In this document: piece by piece, positions 55,101-64,000 of the stretch | Layout of the letters: each line of letters starts with the position of its first letter | Position numbering within the stretch: the first letter of the stretch is position 1 | NCBI GenBank assembly: GCA_001642005.1 | Contig: LWCA01000001.1 | Coordinates: 95,982 to 159,981 of the forward strand | Source: Intoshia linei | Lineage: Eukaryota > Animalia > Orthonectida | Direction: 5' to 3' | DNA: 64,000 nt | Translations under genes and position numbers: made by a program | The notes under the pieces: model-generated | What the model saw: only the letters and a program-made list of their open reading frames with translations | Database searches by the model: none | What the model was told of the DNA's origin: nothing

Positions 55101-57439
55101 AGGACTCGATTTTTGAAAAAGAAAAACTTAGATATAAACATCACTCGCGAAAAACTGTATTAAAAATTGGATTTTTTTAAATCTTTACTTATATAACACA
55201 CTTTGAAATATTTGTTTTCTATGTGTGTGTGTTACCGCTTATTTCAATAACTACCAGTCTTAGAATTTTATAAAGTCCACATTTCAATTACAGTTTTTTC
55301 CGGGTGTTAGCAAAATAAATTGCAACTTCCCAAACTCACATTTTACAAATCAAAAAGCCCAATTGTCTTTTTTTTGAAATCAAACGAATTAGTAAATTTA
55401 AAAAAATATCTTCTGGGCCAAAACCACAAATGACTCTTTCTTTTAATGAAAGCAGCCCTAGAATTTCCAAAAATTTACATGTGATACAGTTGTATCCTGT
55501 TAACACACACAAAAAATTTGAATATGAATAAGTGACGCCTTCACGGTCAAAAAAACATTTTAGTATTTATATATTTTGTTTCCGAAATATTTTATTAAAA
55601 CAAAAAATGTGAAATAATTAACGGTCCGAAAATTAAAAAAAAGAGATTATTCTGATAGTACTTATTCCAGTTGATATAAATACAAAATTTAAATTTTATC
55701 ACATTCTCTCTAATAAATTAAAAAAATGGGATAACAATTGTTTTTAAAATTATTTGCGCAAATGTTAACAAACAAAAAATTAAGATGGAACAATTCACTT
55801 TAAAGTATAAAGTAATGGATTTAACAGGTCCATCTGAAAAAAGTTTGGGAACACTCCTTTAAAGGATTGATAATAGGGAATAGTAGGATTTTTAAGTTAG
55901 GTTTTAAACGTAAATTTGGTATAATAAAAATGTGCCCTTGGCAGACCTAGATGCTGTTTGTACGTAGTACATAACAGTCAACCCAGTTATAATTATTAAT
56001 TAATTATTATTATAATTATTTATTTAAATTATTTATTTATTATAAATTATAAATCTATAATTATAATGGAAATAATTTTATATTTTTTAACATGTTATTC
56101 TTACTTTTATTTCTAGTGTAAAAAAAATAAAAGATATTATATTTCCTCATATTGATGATGATAACTGGTAATACATTAAATTTGATAAATAAACATAAAA
56201 AAATTGATTTAGGTTTTTAAATATAGATCAATCACGATGGTTGGATCATATAAGAGTAAATAGCGATAAGTCGTAATAATAAATGTATTTAAATTAGATA
56301 ATAATTGAGGGCGCTATAAAAATTGCTGTAGCAATTCATAAAAAGGGACAATCTGTGTTTGTACATTGTTCAGACGGCTGGGACAGAACTGCTCAGGTTT
56401 TTTATAATATTAAAACAATTAAAGTGTTGGTAAATTTTTACAAAATGAATCAATTATATAGTTAACGTCTTTGTCAATGTTAATGTTGGATCCCTACTAT
56501 CGAACCTTTGAAGGCTTTCAAGTATTGATTGAAAAAGAATGGATTTCGTTTGGTCATAAATTTCAAGATGTATAAAATTGATTAAATAAATTTATTTCTA
56601 AAAAAAATAGAGAAGTGGACATGGAGATGAAAAACCACTCGATGGAGAACGATCGCCTATTTTTATGCAATTTATAGAAGTTGTTTGGCATATTTCTCAA
56701 CAAGTTATAATTTTAATCTAAAAAGCATATTTATCATACTAGCTTTTCTGTTATTTACCCTGTAAAAGCACTAGTAAATGCCGTCAAGGGCGGAAATTTT
56801 TAGGGTATATAACCTGCATTTTTTAATTTTTTAACATGAAAGGTTTAATTTCGTAGGTTGATGTTTTCTAAGTATTTTATCTGGAAATGACTATTATATT
56901 CATTAATTATAATTATTTAATATATTTGGAAGTGTATATCATTTGATTAAACTATAGAATTGAACTAAATTTTTTTAGTTTGAAACATCATTTGAATTTA
57001 ACGAAATTTTTTTACTTGAAATCGTTAATTGCTTATACAATTGTAGATTCGGTACCTTTCTATGTAATTGTGAATTTGAAAGAAAAAATATGGTAAAATT
57101 TTATTCAGTCAGATAAATAATATTATTAATCACTTTAGAAACTTGAAGAAAACACCCAATCCGTTTGGTCTTTAATAAATGACAACAAAATGCAATACTT
57201 GAATCCCTTATATAATCACCTCAGCGAAAAAAAGGTGATTATACCCGTAGCTAGTCCAGTATATATTCAATTTTGGAATGGTTTATATCTCAAGAATAAT
57301 CCTCTTTCCTGGTCTCCTGTAATAAATTTATTAATTTGGTCAAATTTTATCATTTTAGGAAAGCTTAAGTATCCGATCATCCGAATTGATTGAACTTAGA
57401 AACATTTATCTCAAATTAAACAATTTACCTATCCCATAA
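52186..57439 (+). CDS. MTMR2: Myotubularin phosphoinositide 3-phosphatase, MTM1/MTMR1/MTMR2 subfamily, catalytically intact
   Basis: About 16 exons splice in phase. Motifs: PH-GRAM ([10 protein letters not shown]), [39 protein letters not shown], the catalytic [12 protein letters not shown] (56361-56396), [18 protein letters not shown] and CRFGTFLCN. The symbol denotes the subfamily, not proven orthology. Confidence 0.92.
54660..55180 (-). mobile_element. Helitron-like fragment (subfamily C), interrupted by the next element
   Basis: Colinear with 9520-10015 and stops abruptly at the A|TC start of the adjacent copy. Confidence 0.55.
55182..55986 (+). mobile_element. Non-autonomous Helitron with both termini (subfamily A)
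   Basis: A|TCTTTACTTATATAA...gtgtgtgtgttacc...gtgcccttggcagacctag-ctgtttgtacgtagtacataacagtcaacccag|T. Confidence 0.78.
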
Positions 57440-57536
57440 TGAAAATAACATTATATAAATCAGAATTAGTGTAAATGTAACGTATTTTAATATAACCTGA
57501 TTTAATAAATTATAAACATAACCGAGTAGTCTAATC

Positions 57537-57983
57537 AAGCGATCCAACCATCTTAGGCTTGCAGATAGGGTGGCCAACTGTGTTATTTTCCCCTGAGACT
57601 TCGGCTTTTCAAATTCAACTGAGGGGTCAGGGTTAAGTGATATTTCTCAGAGTAATTTAATTATTTCAATCAAAATTATTTGAAATGTGATATTTGTTAT
57701 GAAAAATTTAAAGTATACATTTTGAAATTTGCAATAAAAATTGTGTGTAAACTGTTATTATTTTTTGAAAAAGAGACCCCACAGTAAAATTGGCCTTCCA
57801 AAAAATTTTTTATATAACAAAAAAAATAACACGCTTCGTTCAAAAATTCGATAACGGCTAAATTTGAGACAATATTAAATACATTATTGTAGGATGGAAT
57901 AAGTATTTTTTAATAATTTTAAATATAAATAGATTTTCTTAATTTTTGGTTGGGATCTGTTCACTGACCGGTTGGGGTCGCTA
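57537..57983. mobile_element. hAT-type MITE between the convergent myotubularin and NTHL1 3' ends
   Basis: Decayed TIRs aagcgatccaacc / ggttggggtcgcta; TSD gtctaatc (57529-57536) / gtctaata (57984-57991). Confidence 0.55.
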
Positions 57984-60105
57984 GTCTAATAAATCCATGT
58001 TTTTAATTGTATACGGACAAGTATTTTTATTTTCACATTGAATGCACTTTGGGCCAATTGGTTTACAAATTGTCTGACCGAAACCAACCAGTAGTTTATT
58101 AATTTCTTTCCAATAAACCCTACATGTATGTATTATAAGAACAAAAAATGATAAATTTACTTGGGTAAAACTTTTTCCAATTCAATTCTTGTTTTTTGTG
58201 GTGTTTTCGTGCTAACCCAATTAAGGCGGTTACATATTCTGTGAACATGGGTATCAACTCCAATTCCTTCGATACGCTTCCAAGCCACACTCATTAAAAT
58301 GTATGCCATTTTTTCTCCAACTCCTGATATAAATATACAGAGTATTTAAACATACAAATATCAAACCTGGCAAATTGCACATATCGACTATTGTTTGGGG
58401 AATGTCATTGTCATACTGTTCATTGAGAATTTTTAACGTTCTTGTTATGTAAATTGATTTTTTTCTCCAGAATCCAACTGGATAAATTATCTCTGCAAAT
58501 TCTTTTTCTGATTTTTTCAATAATTCGTCCATACTTGATCCTGATTTGTGTAGCTTTTCCATTGCTACAGATAGAATCTGATCTTTTGTTTGACTTGACA
58601 ACATTAAGGCAATCAATGTGTGTATTCGTTGGTCCTAAAAAAATGAAATATTAAAAAATTATTGTAAAAACAATAATAATTCTACAAATCTCTTTTTGCG
58701 ACAAAAGTGGGAACCATTTTACAGAAAATTATTAAAAAAGTGAAATAAATCATTAAAATATTTTTCTGGAATTCATTTTATTTATGATTATTTTTTGGGA
58801 TGTAATTATAATTGAAATGTTTTTAAGTCTTACTTATCTAAATTAATTTAGTTCAAAATGCATGTCTGTTTATTTATTTGTTCCAGATTATCTAAGAAAG
58901 TAAAAGGATTTGAGTTTTAAAAATGTCATATTTCTAATACAGTTTTTCGAGAGTGATATTTTATCGCAAATTTCATTTTCAGATATTGAGTCGTTCAATA
59001 TCAAAAACCCCAATTGTCCTTTTTTTTAAATTTTAAACAATATACAATCTGATCAAGATTTTAAAATCATCAACATTATTATTATTTTCAATTTCAAAAT
59101 CTTATATCTTTACTGTCAAAACCCAAATATCTTTTTTTTTAAAAATGAAAAAGTCCTAGAATTGTATACAATATAAATCCTGGGAGAATTTTTAAAATCA
59201 TAAGCATTATCATAAATGGAAACCTCAAAAAAAGTTTATTTTCACGGTTAAAAACCCAGATTACCCTTTTTTTTAAAAATAAAAACAGCCCTATAATATT
59301 AAAAAATATTACAGATGATACATTTATATCCAGTTAACACACAAAAATTTTCAATCTCACAAAGTGACGATGATTTTTAACACAAATGATAAAATAAAAT
59401 TAAGTGGGAATAATTCACTTTGAATAAAAAAATAATGTGAAATTACCGGTACGTGATGAAACAAGTTTGGGAACCACTCCTCAAAAGTATTGATAATAAT
59501 TAATAGTAGCATTTTTAAGTTTGATTTTATTTTATATTTAATTTATTTTTTTGGTAGAATAAAAAATGTTTCTTAAAAAATTTTTTTTTCAAATTACATC
59601 TAATCTACTGGGTATGTTTTTGAACTTCTTAAAAAAAATATTTGATGTGACACCTTAATGTACATTGTACAAGTGATCCGAAATCCACCGACAGTGTCGG
59701 TCCGACACTTTATCTCTTTATTTTACAACATAAAATCTATATAATAAACAACATTATCAATGATACATCAAATATGAATAAATTATATAAATTGTAATCA
59801 AATCTGTAATTTTTCAAAAAATATTTTGAATGATAATTATAAAATTTACTAAAATGTATTATTACAAGATTAACAAGACTCTAATCTTGATTTTTAAAAA
59901 AGTATTGGAAAAAGAAGAAATACGAAAATACAGTTTAAAAAGTATAATTGACTTGATACAGCGTAGATGTCAATTGATTTATTAATTTTACCTTTTGAGT
60001 GGCACTTATATTTGCCAGTTTGTGACAACCCATGGTATCAACTGGAGCGTCTTGAAATTTCCTCATTTTCCTTATATTGACTATATGCAGTTTTATTCGT
60101 TCCAT
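57981..60105 (-). CDS. NTHL1: Endonuclease III-like DNA glycosylase/AP lyase
   Basis: Exon 1 (60105-59992) reads [27 protein letters not shown]. Later exons give [18 protein letters not shown], the HhH motif LPG/VGEKMA (catalytic Lys), GVDTHVHRI (catalytic Asp), LVGFGQTIC and an intact 4Fe-4S motif C-X6-C-X2-C-X5-C. Stop TAG at 57983-57981. Confidence 0.93.
58828..59570 (+). mobile_element. Helitron-like element (subfamily B) in NTHL1 intron 1
   Basis: 5' tcttacttatctaaa...atgtctgtttatttatttgtt, three tandem subunits and the gtttgggaaccactcc block; the 3' hairpin is lost. Confidence 0.6.
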
Positions 60106-60389
60106 TTCTTATTCAATCAACGATAATAAATGTTGTTTAGGAATTTTCAAAATTTATCAAGTGAAGATTGATTTTTCATTGATAGAAACTGAATCATATA
60201 ATTATCATTCCAAAAATTAGACACATAATTTAATTTACTATAATTGATATTATTTTATAAAATTTTCATAGTTTGTTTTATCATTTTATCATATTGGTTC
60301 ATCATTTTTTACTTTTTTTGCAAACTTTTAAGACGTTTTTAATTTTGTAAAAATTGGGAAGACTAAGGAAATTATCAAAAAGCAGATTA

Positions 60390-60948
60390 TATTTAACCTA
60401 CTAACTTGACTTTTAGATACTTTGAACAAACAGCATTTTAGTATTCATTATAACCCCATGACAGTTTTTTAAAAATGATTATGATATTGTTATCAATCTT
60501 GAATTAATTCAAATTTTTTATTTTTCATAAAGCAATTAATTGGAAAATATTTTTACAAACCCCTAAGGAAAAATCCTAATTTTACCAACCCTTATGGAAA
60601 AACTCACTTTTACAAACCCACTAAGGAAAAATCCTAATTTTACTTACTTACTTTCCTTATTTTTAGTAAAAATGGTTGGATTTAAGTATACACTCATATT
60701 TTATTATACAGTGTCAAATTGACAGCTTAATATTGTAAATAATAACTACATCAAAAAAAATTAATTAATTTTTTCATCCAACCATTCGTCAATAAAAGGA
60801 TTTAATTTACATTTTTTCAGTTATATGAAAAAAACCAATTAATTGCAATTATTTTATATATATCAATTAATTAAAACTTTAATATTTAGCAAAAAATTAA
60901 CTGGTTTATATAAAATAATTGATTGCAATCAATTAGTTCCAATCCCTG
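60390..60948. mobile_element. Rearranged fragments of the CAGGGATTGGAA MITE plus a ~29-bp minisatellite
   Basis: 60390-60545 matches 28235-28385 directly. 60700-60948 is the reverse complement of the left arm (27713-27990). The unit ttttacaaacccctaaggaaaaatcctaa occurs three times at ~60550-60642. Confidence 0.6.
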
Positions 60949-61024
60949 CTACCCCGTGTAAGTATTTGCTAATAAAATGATAAAAAATATCACTTACCTT
61001 ATTTATCAATAACAATTATTACCT

Positions 61025-61370
61025 ATATTACTTACATAATATGCTATACAATATTTGTTTGTGTTTGTTACAGTTTATTTCAATAATTATTAGTCTTAGA
61101 ATTATATAAAGTCTATATTTCAATTACAGTTTTTTGCGGGAGATATAATAAGACAAATTGCAACTTCCCAAACTCATATCTTACGGGTCAAAAAACCCAA
61201 TTGTCTTTTTTTTTAAAATCAAACAAGTTCGAGAATTTAAAAAAATATATACTCTGATACGGATTTTAAAATCATAAATATGATCATAAATTTAAGTTAA
61301 AAAAAATATATCTTCAGGGTCAAAACCCCAAACGACCTTTTTTTAAATAAAAACAGCCTTAGAATTTAAA
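61025..61370 (+). mobile_element. Helitron-like 5' fragment (subfamily A)
   Basis: ttacttacataatatgctatacaatatttgtttgtg followed by family sequence. Confidence 0.6.
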
Positions 61371-62404
61371 GCTTGTCAAAAGCTAAATACTATTTAAACG
61401 TATACAAAAAAAGAAAACTAATTTTAAAAAAAATCATTAATACCCACCATAATACCCCTTTTTCATGCCCGTGATTAGACTGCATTTTGTTATGTACATC
61501 AGAAAAAATTAAACTAAAAAAGTACAATCAATACTATTGGATTGTACGTTGTTCATTTATAACACTTTCAGTAGATTAAAATATAAATTTTAAATTATTA
61601 AATTATTAAAATTAATCTACACATTACACCAATATCAAGGTCGATTCATTTAAGTCGTCTTTAGTGTTAAATTTTCAAGTATATTGAAATGTATTGAACG
61701 TAGATTTTACATGACACATATAATACGTATTATGATATACGCTTGCTTCTTAATTAATTTAGAAAATAGTAAAGAATGATACTTACGTCATTCTAATCCT
61801 GTGAGTATACTCTAAAATCTAAACATTTTTCAATATCAATACTTGCTTCATTTTATATTAATTTCAAGGGAATTTAAATTTTTAATCAAAAAAAATCAAT
61901 TTTAAATCAACAAACATATTAATACCTAAAATTCACATACATTAAAAGAAAACTGCATTAATAACTAAAATATGTGAATAAAAATTATTTAAAATGAGAA
62001 CCATAAAAAGTTGTCTTTTGTCTCCAACTGTAATTAATAAATTATTTGAAAAATATAATGCAGTATTAATAGTCTTTTATTATTAATACAACATACATCA
62101 ATAATATCTATTATATAATCAATAATTTTTATATGCATTGAAGATTAATTTTTCACTAATTATCAGTTATTGAATTTTTCAAATAAAATGAAATCTCACA
62201 ATTCATTCCACAGTACACAACGTAGATACCATTAGTAAAGATTAATAAAAATTGAAATTTGGTTAAAACTGTGTCCAATGTTCATGTAGCAATCAATTTA
62301 CTTATATAGTGAACAACGATCGATACAATTAAGTTACATGTAATATATTATAAACTAACAGTATTTGTATTTCAACAATCATTACAACTATATGAGAGCG
62401 TGAT

Positions 62405-63712
62405 ATGACCAACACATTTTCACATTTGTGGCAAAATTACCGTTTAAACTTTAATTTGTTTTAATTCAATTATTATTTAGCATTTGATATGTACAATTCT
62501 TACATCAACAAAAAGGAAAAATCCAACGATCGTGTGATAATTAACGTAGGTGGAGTGCGACATGAAACATACAAGTCTACATTGAGAAAAATACCGGCTA
62601 CACGATTGTCACGGTTAACTGAAGCACTAGGGAATTATGATCCAGAATTGAATGAATATTTTTTTGATCGTCATCCCGGAGTTTTTGAAAACATTTTAAA
62701 TTATTATCGATGTGGTAAACTGCACTACCCGACCGATGTTTGCGGTCCTTTATTTGAGAACGAATTGGGTGAATGGTTTAAAACATACATTAATTATATT
62801 TTTAGACTATTGGGGGCTTGATCCAGATCAAGTTGAACCATGTTGCTGGATGACGTACACCAAACATCGCGATACCAAAGACATTATGTTAATTTTAGAT
62901 AAATTAGATATTGACGATGTTAAGATAACTAGAAAAGAAGCATATAAAAAATTTAAACTCGACAACAGCAAAGAAATTAAATGGTGGAATAAAATCCGGC
63001 CAATAATTTGGCTAACTTTTGAAGAGCAATATTCTTCATATATAGCTAGAGTAATGATAAAAATTTTACATAAAAAATTTAAATTTTCATTTCATCAAAA
63101 ATTAATATAATCTGACAAGCCATGTTGATTTCTATTATATTATCAAAATAAATAGATTTATAATTTGATTAATTTTCATTTTGTAAATATTTTAAAATAT
63201 TGATTATTAAATTATTTACATGTATCATTAAATTTAGATTATATATACCATGTCAATATCCTTTATATTGCTTTCAATTATAACCTTTTGTTTAAAAACG
63301 GAAAATTTCATGAAGGTAAACTCTGCAAATCATACAAATGTCAATTCAACATTGAATAATACATTATCAACAGTTAAATCACGAGTATACGACTATTCTC
63401 ACATTATAGAGTATATTTGCAATTCTTGGTTTACCTTAGAGTTAATGATTCGATTATTTGTGTGTCCCAGTCAATTACAGTTTTTGAAACAACCTCATAA
63501 CATCATTGATTTTGTGGCCACAGCATCGTTCTACATTGACATTATACTTAGATATTTAGATAAACGTGACAGCATAGTCGAATTATTAAGTATTATCAGA
63601 ATACTTAGACTCTTCAAGTTAACACGTAGATCTCCAGGAATCAAAATATTAATACATACGTTTTCAGCCAGCGCTCACGAGCTTTCTTTGCTGATATTTG
63701 TACTATTGTTAG
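62405..63712 (+). CDS. Shaw: Voltage-gated potassium channel, Shaw/Kv3 family (5' part; continues beyond the window)
   Basis: T1 domain [29 protein letters not shown]...[11 protein letters not shown]...[36 protein letters not shown]; S1-S4 with [13 protein letters not shown]; start of S5. Introns at 62769-62805 (37 nt) and ~63051-63237. A probable first exon 62405-62441 joins in frame through a 39-nt intron; the alternative start is 62489. Confidence 0.93.
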
Positions 63713-64000
63713 GTTAGTTTTCATTTTTTATTGGTTATATTTATCTGTTTTTCATTTATATGTAATTTAATTTAATAACCAATTTTATAATTATTGTAAT
63801 TAAATCGCATCATTTTTTTTACACTCAAGATATTGATTCTTAATCTGAATTAATCAAGATATTTTGTATGACATTTTTCATAATGTGTATATTTTGAATC
63901 TAATTGTACATTTTAAATACAGTCTAAGTCCTATTTAACGAAATTGTTGGAACTCAAAAATTTAGGAATTCCGCTAAACAGGATGTTTAGCGATGTTTTT

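Noticed and set aside
12775-57439. Vps10p-like, RALGAPA and myotubularin as a membrane-trafficking cluster or operon
   Set aside because: The functional theme is loose, and the sequence shows no evidence of co-transcription or trans-splicing. Adjacency is expected in a compact genome.
58010-58065. Suspected loss of the fourth 4Fe-4S cysteine in NTHL1
   Set aside because: Careful translation gives [17 protein letters not shown], so the motif is intact.
60550-60642. ~29-bp repeats resembling a CRISPR array
   Set aside because: The units are head-to-tail with no unique spacers, there are no cas genes, and the context is eukaryotic; this is a minisatellite, with related units near 45690-45810.
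1-64000. Alternative genetic code or stop-codon readthrough
   Set aside because: The conserved genes translate cleanly in the standard code once short introns are removed.

Overview
This is very AT-rich, intron-dense animal genomic DNA; it contains no prokaryotic system, CRISPR array or rRNA/tRNA gene that I could recognise. Many introns are only about 32-45 nt with degenerate GT donors. That style suggests a reduced-genome invertebrate such as the orthonectid Intoshia linei (inference only). Hand-splicing supports six protein-coding genes: (1) an LRRIQ1-like LRR+IQ gene (minus strand, ~5.7-23.4 kb); (2) a 635-aa Asp-box/Vps10p-like type I membrane protein nested antisense in one of its introns; (3) RALGAPA (plus, 24.1-51.3 kb), head-to-head with LRRIQ1-like; (4) an active MTM1/MTMR1/MTMR2-type myotubularin; (5) NTHL1 endonuclease III (minus); (6) the 5' part of a Shaw/Kv3 potassium channel. 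Introns and intergenic DNA hold many non-autonomous Helitron-like elements built from ~120-135-bp tandem subunits, hAT-type MITEs with 8-bp TSDs, and decayed Tc1, Tigger/pogo, hATm-like, Chapaev3-like, Buster-like and Ty3/Gypsy elements. I found no convincing new multi-gene system. The best leads are the nested Vps10p-like gene, the Helitron family with internal arrays and a captured hAT end, and a MITE that appears to supply the NTHL1 stop codon. All family assignments come from recalled motifs, not database searches.
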